The position numbers and the translations under genes are program-made. Source: an uncultured Planctomycetota bacterium (GTDB lineage: Bacteria > Planctomycetota > Planctomycetia > Isosphaerales > Isosphaeraceae). Taken from it: DNA of 64,000 bases. The stretch covers positions 256,001 to 320,000 of the forward strand of contig CAWGMQ010000006.1 of assembly GCA_963823665.1 (NCBI GenBank), in the 5' to 3' direction. The notes beneath the pieces were generated by a model that ran no database searches, was not told the DNA's origin, and saw only the letters and a list, made by a program, of their open reading frames with translations. Positions 9,389 to 20,021 of the stretch are shown here, one piece after another; position 1 is the first letter of the stretch; the number at the start of each line of letters is the position of its first letter.

Positions 9389-11555
9389 CCTGTTCCGGAT
9401 CGCCGTGAGCAACGCGGCGTGGGCCGCCGGGCTGGCGCTTGTCGCCGCGGCCGGGTCTCGCCTCTTTCGGCGCCGGCCGGCGCTCGCGCACACGCTCTGG
9501 CTCTTGGTGCTGCTCAAGCTGGTCACGCCTTCGGTCTTGAACGTGGCGCCGCCGTGGGGGAAAGTGCCGGTCATGGATGCGCGAGCCGGCGATCTGGCGA
9601 TCCATGTGGTTGTCCCGGCGGTGGAAATCACGTCATCCCGGTCGTCGGATGCCGGATCTCCGGAGAAGCGGGTACTCGCTCCGTCTCCGTTGCACGCGGC
9701 GTCAACGCCAACGGCGGGGACTTGGCCATGGCGGATCCTGATCGCTTTGGGCTGGCTGGCGGGTGCAGTCATCTGGTGGGCATGTGTTGTTCTGAGCATC
9801 CGGCGCTTTCGGAAATTGCTCCGCGTGTGCATCGCGGCTCCCGAAGCCCTGCAAGAGCGTGTCAAGCAAATTGCGGCGCGCATCGGGTTGGGCGCGCGCC
9901 GGCTTCCGCGTGTGATGATCATTCCAGCGCGGATTCCGCCGTTCGTCTGGGCTTCACTCACAGGCCGGCCCCGGCTTTTGTTGCCACACGAGCTCTGGGG
10001 CCGGCTTGATGAGTCTCAGCAGAACGCACTGCTCGCGCACGAGCTGGCCCACCTGAAGCGCGGCGATCACTGGGTGCGCTGGCTCGAGGCGATCGTGCTC
10101 GGGTTGTACTGGTGGGATCCGATCGCCTGGCTGGCCCGCCGGGAGCTCGAGCGCACGGAAGAGGAATCGTGTGACGCCTGGGTAGTCTGGTCGCAGCCGT
10201 CTGCTGCCGGTTCCTATGCTGAGGCTCTCGTGGCCACGGCGGCATTCTTGTCCGAGGTCCATCGTCCGCTGCCAATTGGTGGTAGCGGATTTCGAAGCAC
10301 GTCCGCAATCAAGAGGAGGTTGGAAATGCTCCTGTCTGACGCTGCCAAGCCGTCGATCGGCCGGGCTCGATCAATGAAGTTGCTGGTGCTCGCCGCTCTG
10401 TGCTTGCCGCTCCTGCCGGTGCCCGCGGGCGAGAATCGGAGTGTCCGGGCGGGCGAACCGACTGAACAATCGCAGGGCACCAAAGCCCAGGCAGCCGGAC
10501 AACGGGCCGTGGTTCCCGGTACGGTAGTCGGTGCGCCCATCGTGGGCGGACAGTTCGTTGTGATCCGGCCGGTTGTACGCCACGTTGGCGGTCAACTCGA
10601 ACTTGAGCCGTCGCCACTTCAACCAGCGCACCGCGTCGAGCTCAATTCCCCGATGAGTGGAACGCTGCAAAAAGCGCTTTGCAAACCAGGGCAGCAAGTC
10701 AAGAAAGGGGATGTGCTGTTCCAGTTTGACGCAAGGTCTGCCGAGCTCGAGCTGCAAAAAGCGGAGGCCGAGGTGATGCGGATGCAGGCTCGCTTGACCG
10801 GATTCGACCTGCAGCCCGGATCGAGACGGTCCGGCGAGGGACAAGCGCGGTTCGGCGAGGCGCAAGCAACCTTGCAAAGTGCAACGGCTGACCGAGATCT
10901 GATGAAGCTCAAGCTTGAGTCGACGCGGGTCAAAGCACCGTTTGACGGCGTGATCGCGCGCGTCGTCGGGTCCGAGGAGAGCTTCATCCAGGCAGGTGCG
11001 GCCCTGACAACGCTCAGGTCCGACGCGATGCTTGCTCTCGACGTCTACATTGAGGAACGCACCGCTCGCCGGTTCGACGCCCTCTTGCAGGACGGTAAGA
11101 ACGGCGCGGCCGACGTGGTTCGTATCGCTGTGAGAGACGAACGGGACTTTCCGCGCAAAGGCTTGATTGACTTCATTGATCGTGAAGTCCAGCCGCTGGG
11201 CCAGGTGCGACTGCGCGTGCTTGTCTCCAACGTCGATCGCTCACTCAGGCCAGGGCTACTGGCTCGAGTGCAGATTCAGGCGGGCGCGCCCGAGGATTCG
11301 ATCGTCGTGCCGGACTCGAGTCTCATCGAGAACAACGGCCGGCGATACGTATGCGTGCTGGCAGAAGACAACACGATCGTTCGCCGGTTTGTGGAAGCGG
11401 CCGAGCGAGTTGACGATTTGCGAATGATCGAACGCGGTTTGAGCGTGAACGACTGGGTGCTCGAAAGCAGAATCAATCCTGCGCTGATCGGCTCCAAGCT
11501 CTCCGAGCAGGCCATACTGCGCGTCGACGCCGCGGCGAAGCCGCCGATACCATGA
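9381..11555 (+). CDS. M56 (BlaR1-like) membrane metalloprotease fused to an RND periplasmic adaptor (MFP) domain
   Basis: GTG start overlapping blaI stop; TM helices, LAHELAHLKRGD (HExxH), EEESCD; C-terminal lipoyl/coiled-coil MFP motifs VKKGDVLFQFD, VKAPFDGVI, LRPGLLARV. Confidence 0.85.
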   Translation: MDDLFRIAVSNAAWAAGLALVAAAGSRLFRRRPALAHTLWLLVLLKLVTPSVLNVAPPWGKVPVMDARAGDLAIHVVVPAVEITSSRSSDAGSPEKRVLAPSPLHAASTPTAGTWPWRILIALGWLAGAVIWWACVVLSIRRFRKLLRVCIAAPEALQERVKQIAARIGLGARRLPRVMIIPARIPPFVWASLTGRPRLLLPHELWGRLDESQQNALLAHELAHLKRGDHWVRWLEAIVLGLYWWDPIAWLARRELERTEEESCDAWVVWSQPSAAGSYAEALVATAAFLSEVHRPLPIGGSGFRSTSAIKRRLEMLLSDAAKPSIGRARSMKLLVLAALCLPLLPVPAGENRSVRAGEPTEQSQGTKAQAAGQRAVVPGTVVGAPIVGGQFVVIRPVVRHVGGQLELEPSPLQPAHRVELNSPMSGTLQKALCKPGQQVKKGDVLFQFDARSAELELQKAEAEVMRMQARLTGFDLQPGSRRSGEGQARFGEAQATLQSATADRDLMKLKLESTRVKAPFDGVIARVVGSEESFIQAGAALTTLRSDAMLALDVYIEERTARRFDALLQDGKNGAADVVRIAVRDERDFPRKGLIDFIDREVQPLGQVRLRVLVSNVDRSLRPGLLARVQIQAGAPEDSIVVPDSSLIENNGRRYVCVLAEDNTIVRRFVEAAERVDDLRMIERGLSVNDWVLESRINPALIGSKLSEQAILRVDAAAKPPIP

Positions 11556-11570
11556 TCGCGCGCGCCACGC

Positions 11571-13439
11571 TCAGACCGCGTGCGACCAGCCGGGCGGCCA
11601 CACCGTTTCGCGTGGAGCGCTCGAGGCCGGATCATCGACGTCAGCCGGTTCGAGGAAAAGCCAGCACGGAACTCGCTCCGGCTCGTCGAGCCGGAGCAGC
11701 CAGTAACCGATGCCGGCGGTTCCCGAGAAAAGCGATGGGTTCGGTCCGCCGCCGGGAAAGCCGGTCGGCCAGTTGTCCTGTTCGGAATAACGATCGATCA
11801 AGGTTTGAGCGAGGTCGCGCGAGCGGTCGAGATATGAGCGATCATCGAGCGCATGGACAGCCGTCAACAGCACCGCACCCAGCCCGGCGAGCCCGTCGCG
11901 AATCGTCGCGTCAAATCGTGGAACGGCGATGCGTGCATCGATCGCGCCGAGCACCGCAGTGAGCGCCGTTCGCGCCTGCACGAGGTGGCGTTCCCTGGAT
12001 TCAGCGTCTCGCATTGCGGCGCGCAGCAGGAACATGGCCGCTTCACGCGCACGGCCAGGGCCGTTCCGGATCGGGTCGCTGCTTGTCCGCTGCGGGCCGC
12101 TTACCGGCAGGCGCGATCGAGCCATCGCCCCCTGCGCAGTGCGCCGGAACTCTTCGTGACCGGTCACGGCGTGAAGATGCGCAGGAAGAGCGCGATGCCG
12201 GCGGAGCCTTCGCGCAGCCCGGGCCCGAGCGCCGCCGCGACCACGCCGGTTGGGCTCTTGCGCTCCGACTCGCCCATGCGCACTCGGCCGATCCAGTTGC
12301 AATAGCGCCCGGTCGAGTCCCAGACGGCTTGCCGGCAGAGCGACTCGCCGATCCGGATCGTGGCATCTCTCGCGGAGATGGTGCGTCGGCTTGCGCTAAC
12401 GCGAGCATCGGAAAGCGTCGTGCCCCGCGCCGTCGCTTCACACGCGATCGGCAGTTGAAAATGATCGATCGAGCCAGCTTGCAGATAGGGAAATCGCGGG
12501 TCGAGACCTTCCGCTTTGTAGACTGCTGCGAATGTGGCGGCGCGAGCCGCGCGGTCGCGGTCGCCGCGCAGAAACGACCGCCAGAGGGCACGCGCGGACA
12601 GGTTGCATCGGTGGTCTCCGAAGCTCACCGGGCCGGATGGGCTCTCGGCCGCGCCCAATCCTCTCGCGATGGGCTTCGTGAAGAGCGGCACGCTCTCCCG
12701 CAGCCCGGACTCGACGGCCGCGTGAATGTGCGCGATCGCATCGCGGGCCCGCGCGTCGTAGCGCCGCGCAAGAAGATCAAGCCCGCATCGGCGCGCCGAA
12801 CGCATGCGGGTCCGCAAGTACCTTGAGGCAGAATGGCACGTCGTCCGCATTGAGCCGCTCGGTTGCCGCGGCGATGAATGGAACCGCGGCCTCGCTGGTC
12901 AAGTGCCAGTAGTACCGGATGAGCGGCGTGGAATCGTCTGGACCGCACTCGTCCAGCGCCTCGCCGTCGGCAAAATAAAAACCAGGAACGCGAATCCGCA
13001 GCTCCTTGCCGACCCAGACGAAACACGTCTGGCCCGGCTCGAGTTTTCCGCACGGAGTGTAAACCTCCTGCGGCGCGGCCCAGATTGTGAGACCATCCTT
13101 GCTGAGCGTGGGGTGCCCCTGCGCATCCACTTCGCGCACGACCCAGCCGCTATGCCACGTTCCGCGCCCGGTATTGGCCGCGTGCAAGGCACATAGCCGC
13201 TGCCGCGAAGTCGGCTCACCGGAGGGGAACGGCTCGCGAAGGCGGCTCGGTCGAATGTAGAGCACGCGATACAGGACATCCGAGAGCGCGAGCTCCCACG
13301 GCGGGGCCGCCTCGCCGGGAAAGTCGTCCGCGGCTGGCGTGGCGAGCTCGCGATGTTCGCCGAGAACCGTGAAGCTCGCGGGTGAATCGATTACCACCGC
13401 ATCAAGCACGCTCCATAGATCGGGATGCAGCTCGGTCAT
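11571..13439 (-). CDS. HopA1-like phosphoSer/Thr lyase (LanY-like) fused to a shortened, degenerate LanC-like domain; frameshifts near 12797, 12767 and 12183
   Basis: HopA1-type segments ANTGRGTWHSGW, PGFYFADG, IRYYWHL, PFCLKVL, RRADAG, PLFTKPIARGLGAAE, SFGDHRC; LanC-type segments IGESLCRQAVW..CNWIG, GSAGIALFL, PSLFSGTAGIGYWLLRL. Confidence 0.75.
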
Positions 13440-14559
13440 CAGTGCGCCGCGCCCCGTGGATGCCGAATAGCCGCGCGCGGGCGAGCTCCGGTTGTGAGAG
13501 CACGTTCGCGCTCAGTTGAAGCATGATCACCGATCGCGGATCGAGGACACTCAGCTCGCTTGAGATTTCGTACGCCGACTGGATCAATCGCACCGCCGAG
13601 AGCTTCACGGCCCGATCGAGCAAGAGCCGCAGTTCGATTTGATCTGCTTCCACCGCGACCTGATAGCCTTTCCACAGCGACCGGCTCAGAGCCTGGACGG
13701 TCTCGAACGGGAACTTCGCCAGCGCGGCGCGCTCGTCAATCGACAGATCGGCCGTCATCGGTATCGAGACGACCCAGGATTTCACGAAGGCCATCAAGGC
13801 GCCGGCCAAGTCCCACGCGGGGTCGCCGAGCTGGACCATCTCCCAGTCGATGAGCCGGATTTCCCAGGGCCCTTCGGTGCCACTGTTCTTGACGAGGACG
13901 TTGTCCGGCCGGAAGTCTCCGTGAATAACCGTCTCGGCGCCGCAACCCTCCAGCAGCGAATCAAGCTCCCGAGCGCAGCCCTCCTCCGTTTGAAGCACGC
14001 GGATCAGCTCGGCATTGGCCGGGCTGAGGATCGAGAGCACCTGGGGGGTGGGCCGATGGAGCGCCATCGCCCAGGGCGCCGCGCGTGAAAGCCAGGCCAG
14101 GCGCGGGCATTGCGCGAGCTCCGGCGTGCGGAAGGTCCGATGAACGGTGGCCAGGGCGCCTCCGATCGCGCCGGCGACTGCGATCGCCGATCGTTGGTCG
14201 GCATTTGGCTTGAGGAATGCGGATAGGGTCACCGCTTCACTCAATAGCCCAAGCGCGAGCACGGGGCCCTCGCCGTCATAAGCGATCAGCCGAGGTGCGA
14301 TCGCGGCCACGCGGGCGGCTGCGGGCTCGGACTGGCAGTATTGATAGAACGAAGCTTCGGCGCCGAGCGTTTCCCGGCTGCGCGCCTCCGCCTCGCCGGG
14401 TCGTTTGATCAAGAGCCCTGCTCCGCCGGGCCCCTCGATTAACAGGTTGGCGTTTCGTCTCGCGGCGTGTCGTATCGTGAGCGACCCGCCGATGATCCAG
14501 TCGGGATCGATCAGTCGCCGCGCGAGCAAGTAAGGCGCCGCATCGTCGAGAGAGAGCAT
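13402..14559 (-). CDS. Aminoglycoside-phosphotransferase-fold kinase (LanK-like)
   Basis: RRNAN, LLIKR (catalytic Lys), IHGDFRPDNVLV, LIDWEMVQLGDPAWDLA; true stop probably the TGA overlapping the downstream ATG near 13439. Confidence 0.82.
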   Translation of the reverse strand: MLSLDDAAPYLLARRLIDPDWIIGGSLTIRHAARRNANLLIEGPGGAGLLIKRPGEAEARSRETLGAEASFYQYCQSEPAAARVAAIAPRLIAYDGEGPVLALGLLSEAVTLSAFLKPNADQRSAIAVAGAIGGALATVHRTFRTPELAQCPRLAWLSRAAPWAMALHRPTPQVLSILSPANAELIRVLQTEEGCARELDSLLEGCGAETVIHGDFRPDNVLVKNSGTEGPWEIRLIDWEMVQLGDPAWDLAGALMAFVKSWVVSIPMTADLSIDERAALAKFPFETVQALSRSLWKGYQVAVEADQIELRLLLDRAVKLSAVRLIQSAYEISSELSVLDPRSVIMLQLSANVLSQPELARARLFGIHGARRTDDRAASRSMERA

Positions 14560-14662
14560 CGCGCGATCGCCTCAGCGAACGGTGTGAGAGCTCGATTGAT
14601 CGGCAAATAAGACAACCGAATGGCCGCGGCCGGCGGCCGGCGCGGGGCTTTTCCCGATTGAT

Positions 14663-15163
14663 CTACTCGGGCGGCTTGGGCCGCCGCGCCGCACGGTGAA
14701 GGTGGATGGGCTCCGTCACGACGCCGTGTGGCGGCGGAGGTGGAGGCGGAGTCTTTTCGACTACTGCCGGGGCCGAAGCCGATTCGATCGACCGTGCCAG
14801 GAATGATGCGACCAGGTGCCCCTTCAAGAATGACGCGGCCGTACTCGAGAGGGTCGTATGAACCACGAGGTGCGGCTGCGCCGCGGCGACGATGCCGACA
14901 TTCACCGGCTCGGTGGTATCTTCGCCGATCTTGGGCCAGATGTGCCGGATATCTTTGGTCTGGAGCTCGTAATAGGATTGAAAATCATGGTGGAGGTAGA
15001 GCCGGATATTTCCATCAATACTCGAGTGACCGGGGTAGCCGGTCAATGTAACCAGATGCTCGTGCTGATCTGGGTCTTCGTGGAGATTCGCCGCCAGCGG
15101 ATGCTCGAAGATGTCTTCGCCATCGGGGGTCTGCCCGAGATGGTGAACGTCTTTTTTCGCCAT
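14663..15163 (-). CDS. Putative RiPP precursor/substrate with a large structured leader; His-rich, poly-Pro C-terminus
   Basis: GGAGG RBS; first gene of the kinase/lyase/LanC run; DP..LTGYPGHS..GNIRLYL..YYE..DI..FLKG pattern recalls proteins preceding APH-HopA1-LanC genes. Confidence 0.6.
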   Translation of the reverse strand: MAKKDVHHLGQTPDGEDIFEHPLAANLHEDPDQHEHLVTLTGYPGHSSIDGNIRLYLHHDFQSYYELQTKDIRHIWPKIGEDTTEPVNVGIVAAAQPHLVVHTTLSSTAASFLKGHLVASFLARSIESASAPAVVEKTPPPPPPPHGVVTEPIHLHRAARRPKPPE

Positions 15164-15325
15164 TCTGACCTCCGCCCGTGCCAGCGTTCGTCGACTGACC
15201 TGGTTCTGGGAGTTTGCCGCTTTGCACCAGTATCTTGGCAGTGCCTGGGGTCGCGGTCAAGGATGTGATGCCCCGGCCAGAGGGTCGCGGCAATCCGCGG
15301 ATGCGGCCAGGCGCAGGCCCGGCCG

Positions 15326-18300
15326 CTACGGAGAAGGGAGCGACCTGGCCACGCGGAAGCCGATCGTGAACTCGGAAACGCCCGGCTCGTACTTGGCGCG
15401 CACTGCCGACTGAGCGTCGGGCGGCCGGCTGCGATACGACCCCCCGCGCATCACGCAGTAACGGCTGTTGAGTATTTTATTGAAAATATAGTCCGATGAT
15501 TGGTCGTTGGCGAGGGCCTTGTAATCGTAGTCGGCGTCGTGGCACCACTCCATCACATTTCCGAGCATGTCGAAGAGGCCCAAGTCGTTGGGCAGCAGGC
15601 TGCCGGTCTTGAGCAAGCTCACCTTCTCCCAGTCGGTGAGCCGGGCATACTGCCGCAGGAGTGCCAGTGAATGACCGTAGTACCGACTGGTTTCCGTGCC
15701 GGCGCGGCATGCGTATTCCCACTCGGCTTCGGTGGGAAGGCGGTAGCCTCCGTTATCGAAGGCCCGGACATCGCAGCGCATTCCTTCGGCGAATTTGCCG
15801 TCGTCGTTCCTGGCGTACACCGGTTGCTTACCTTCTTTCTCGCTCAGCCAGTTGCAGTAGGCCGCCGCCATGTACCAGGTCACCCCGGCCCGGGGCAGGT
15901 CAAAGTCAGAGCCGGGGCCGAATTGCGGTTTGTCAAAACTCGCGGAATGGGTCTTCCAGAATTCGTCGAATTCCGAGATGGAAACCTCGGTCGCGGCGAT
16001 GGCAAACCGGCGGGGAATCCTCCGCTGGTGCTCGACCTCGTTCTGGTAATCGGGGTCGTTGCCCGCAACACCCATGCGAAACTTGATCGGGCCGTCCAGG
16101 TGCACCATCGTTTGACCGCTCGAATTGACCGACCAGCGTCTGTTTCCGATCTGCTTGCTCTGTGCCAGTGCGGAATCGATCTGCCGCAATTGTTCACCGA
16201 GATGCCAGCGCGAGAGGGTGTATCGGGCCGCGCCATGAATCCCGGGATCCTGATCGGTGCCGTAGAACTCGACCAGCATCTGGATGGCTCGCTCGCGATC
16301 CGGTGCCGGCAGGTGCGACGGGTCGTACTGCCCCACGATCAGGATGAGCGCACGGCGGATCGAAGTGTCCCCGTCGAACAGGGCCTTTCGATTGGGATCA
16401 CCCAGCGGCTGCTGCGCTTTGCCGGCGGGTGCCTCAGGCGGCGCATGGGCCGTGCCCGCGATGCCCGCGAGGCAAGCCTGCAACGTGCGCGGATCGTCGC
16501 CAAGCCGGGCGAGCCAGTGAATGAGAAAGCTCCGTAGCCGCGGATCACTCTTGTGTGCCAGGAGGGGCCAGACTCGCTCGGCCTCGCCCAGGCGGAAGAG
16601 GGCCACGGCGGCCCTGGCCTGGCGCTCGGCGCGGCGGTCTTTCTCGACTTCGCCTCGCGGCGGCTGGTCTGGGTCTTCGCGGATCGCGCGCTCGAGCAAC
16701 GGGAGCGACTGGTCCGGCCGCCGTGCGATCTCGGGGAAAACCAGGGCAAATTCCTTGGCGCCGGCTTCCTGGAGCAGCTCGACCAGCTCGTCGGGGTTTT
16801 CCGAGGCGTAGTCGACCAGAAAGTTCATCGCGTGCATGCGATCGGTCTCATCGCGGCCGTCGCTGCGCAAGATTTCCCGAAGCGCGGCTCGAAGCTGCTC
16901 CTTGACGGGCCGGAAGATCTCGAGCCACTGGCTCACATGGATCGGGTTCACCGAGACCATGGCACCGGCGACCTTGTTCGCAACGCCCTTCCACCGCGGG
17001 CTCGCGTGATCGAAACGCGCCAGCGCCCCGAGGCGCCCAGGATGCGCGTGTCGTCGGGGCCGTTTTCCTCGACCATTGCCCAGAGCCGCGGGCTCAGGGA
17101 ACTGGCGTGGCCCTTGAGGAATTCACAAAGTACAGCAAGCTCGACCGGGCCGGCATCGATCAATCTGCTCGACAGGTAATCGACTTGCGACGGATCTTCG
17201 CTCAGCAAGGCGAGGCTCGCCCGCAGCTTCCGATCCGGGTCGCTCGCTGAGCGCGCGAGCAGCTCTTGCAGCGCGGGGTCCGTCCACTTGCGATAGCCGC
17301 GCATCTCGGCGATGCTCTCGGGCACCCGGGCGATCTCGGCGCTTCGCAGCCGCAGCACCAGGTCCATTGCGTGGTTGCTTTCGTACGCCTCGTTGTAAAA
17401 CAGGCGAACCTGGAGGCCCGCGACCACGAGCGCGCAGATTGCAACGGCCGCGGCGATGCCGCGGATAGCGACTTTGCGGTCGGACTGCTTCATCATTCGC
17501 CGCTCGTGCTCGCTCCATGCGGCGGGCTTAGTGAACAGTCGTATAGAAACCCATTCTCGGGCCAGGGGAAGCTGACGGCTCTCGGGCTTCGCGTTCCAGA
17601 GAGAGGACCGCTCGGCCAGCAATAGCTCGGCCCGCCCACGACGCGTCGACTTCTGCTTGCGCGTCAACCATTCGCGCAGCGAATGCACGAGGTAATCGTG
17701 CGTGAGCTGATAGCAGCGGCCAGCCTGAGGCGACGGCGTGCTGGCGTCGTCCAGCGGATCCACCGGTGTGATCAGCCGGAGGTCGCTGTCGAGGATGCGG
17801 ATCAGATGGTCGAAGTCGTCCAGCCGGTCCTTGTAGCCGGAGGCGAGCCGGAGCTCCTCACTCGAACGCATGCGGCCCTTGATATCCGAGTTGCTCTCGG
17901 GAAGCAGCGATTTCAGCACCGCCTGCGCGGCAAGAGCGTGATAGCGATGTTCGGGATTGGAGCGGGCCGAGCCGAACGTCTCTTCCAGGAACCGCACGCC
18001 CACGCCGTCCATGCCGCCAACGTCGCGGAGCGTGGCCGGAGTCCAGGGCTTGCCCTTGACCATCTCGGCGAAGAGGGCCAGGCGCACCGGCACGATCCAG
18101 CCGTCCTGTGCCAGCCCAGGCGTCGCCTGGTCGAGGAACGCGTTCTGTTCGCGGCTCATGGTGGTGGGTTCCGTGGGCAAGCTCTCGTACGCGCGGCCGA
18201 ACGCCGCGAGTACCCGGCGGGCGTGCTTGACGTCAAAGAGGTCGACCGCAGCCACGTTGCGATGCGGGACCAGGTCGACTTCCAAGTCCCTCATGAACCG

Positions 18301-20010
18301 GGTCGCCGCCATCCAGAAGTCATCACGGACGAGGCAGAGAGCCTGGATGTGCTCGCCGTCGCACTGCCGCAGCGCGGTGATCAGCTCCGAGCCTGATTCA
18401 CGCCCGCGCGCGAAGAGCCACTGCTCGAACTGGTCGAGCACCAGGAGCAACTTGCGCTCGGCAAGGAGCGAATGGTTGCGCCTGAGGAATGCCATCGCCT
18501 CGAGCAGGCCGAGCATTAAGGGCAGCTCGGGAAACGCCTTGCGCAGCCCGCGCAGCAAGCTGGCCTCGGTATTCGCGGCGGTCGACTCGATGTACACGGG
18601 CTTGACGCGGGGCGAAAGCAGAGGCAAGAGCCCGGCCTTGAGCAGCGACGATTTGCCGCATCCCGAAGGCCCGTAGATGAGGCCGATGCGAAACGTCTTC
18701 TCGGCCTCGGGCGCCTCGATGCGGGTCTTCCAGAACCGGAGGCCGTCCGGCAGGCCGTCGCGGTCGCGAGGTCCGGGCAAGAGCTCGAGAAAGAAATCGG
18801 CGTCGTGCTCGTCGAAACAGCCAAGCCCGCGGGGAACAACCTTGATCGGACGCGGGGCCAGGTCGGATTGGGCCGAGGCCGGTGGCGAGGAGGGCGCTGG
18901 CTCGGCGGCGGGTGCAGCCGGAAGCAGCGGCAAGGGCGTGAAGGGCGCGAGCGCACCGCGGTCGCTTGAGATTGTGCTCAGATAGTACCTGAGGTCTTCG
19001 GCCATGTCGCGCGAAGTCGAGTACCGCTCGGACGCCCGCTTGGCGATCGCCTTCAGGCAAATGCGCTCGAGCTCACGGGGAATCGTGTCGTCGATCTGGC
19101 GGGGTGGACGCGGCTCGGTGCTCGTGATCTGGCGCAGGACGTGCTCGGGCAAATCGCCGCGAAACGGCCGGCGGCCGGTGAGCATCTCGTAGAAAACGAC
19201 CCCGATGCTGAAGATGTCGGACCGGCCGTCGACCAGGTGCCCCTCGCCGCGGGCTTGCTCGGGGCTGGTGTAGGCAATGGTGCCGGCGAACCGCGGGCCT
19301 TTGCCGTAGTCTTCGTCCTTCATCGCCAGCCCGAAGTCGGCGAGGTAGGGCACGCCGAAGTCGTCGATCAGGATGTTGGCGGGCTTGATGTCGCGGTGGA
19401 ACAGGTCGCGAGTGTGGGCGTAATGCATCGCGTCGCAGATGGCGGCGATCAGCCTGGCCGATTCCAGAAACGGCGGGCGGCCCAGCTTGAGCCTGGCTGC
19501 AAGATCGCCGCCCGCTACGAACATCGACACGACGTAGCCGCGGCCGTCGTCGGCGCGGCCCACGTCGTGCACCGGCACGATGTTGGGGTGGGAGAGCCGC
19601 GCGAGCACGCGCGCTTCGTTCAGGTAAAGCTCGAGATCGACGATCGCGCCGGCCCCGCGGGTGATCGGCACCTTGATGGCGACCTGCCGCTGTAGCTCGG
19701 CGTCGCGTGCCAGGAACACACGCCCGAACGCGCCTTGACCGAGCCGGCGAATCACCTGATAGCGGCCGATGGAGGCGGGATCGGCATCGGAGGGCCCGGA
19801 GGCGGGCCCTCGCCCCGGCGCACCGCCTGCCCCGTGCGCAGCGGCGGCCTCCGTGGGCAGGGTGCTGTACTCCTCCGCGGCGTGATCGAGCAATTCAGCC
19901 AGCCAGTCGTCCGCCCTTCCGGTGCCGCGGGCGGCAGACTGGTCCTTTCCGGCCCCGCCGGCGCCGGGACGCCGGGGGTGTTCAACAGGGTCCGGTAGGT
20001 CGGCTGACAT
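15326..20010 (-). CDS. Ser/Thr protein kinase - nSTAND1-type P-loop NTPase - TM - FGE-sulfatase (SUMF1) domain protein; frameshift near 17030
   Basis: LGQGAFGRV, VAIK, HRDIKPAN, LADFGLA; GPSGCGKSS Walker A, LLLVLDQFEQW Walker B; C-terminal YRLPTEAEWEYACRAG, PNDLGLFDMLGNVMEWC, RGGS, GFRVAR. Confidence 0.88.
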
Positions 20011-20021
20011 CGTTCAGGAGC

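Noticed and set aside
15326..16150. FGE-sulfatase/C-type-lectin-fold C-terminus as a diversity-generating retroelement target
   Set aside because: No reverse transcriptase and no second near-identical template copy of the 3' end seen in the window
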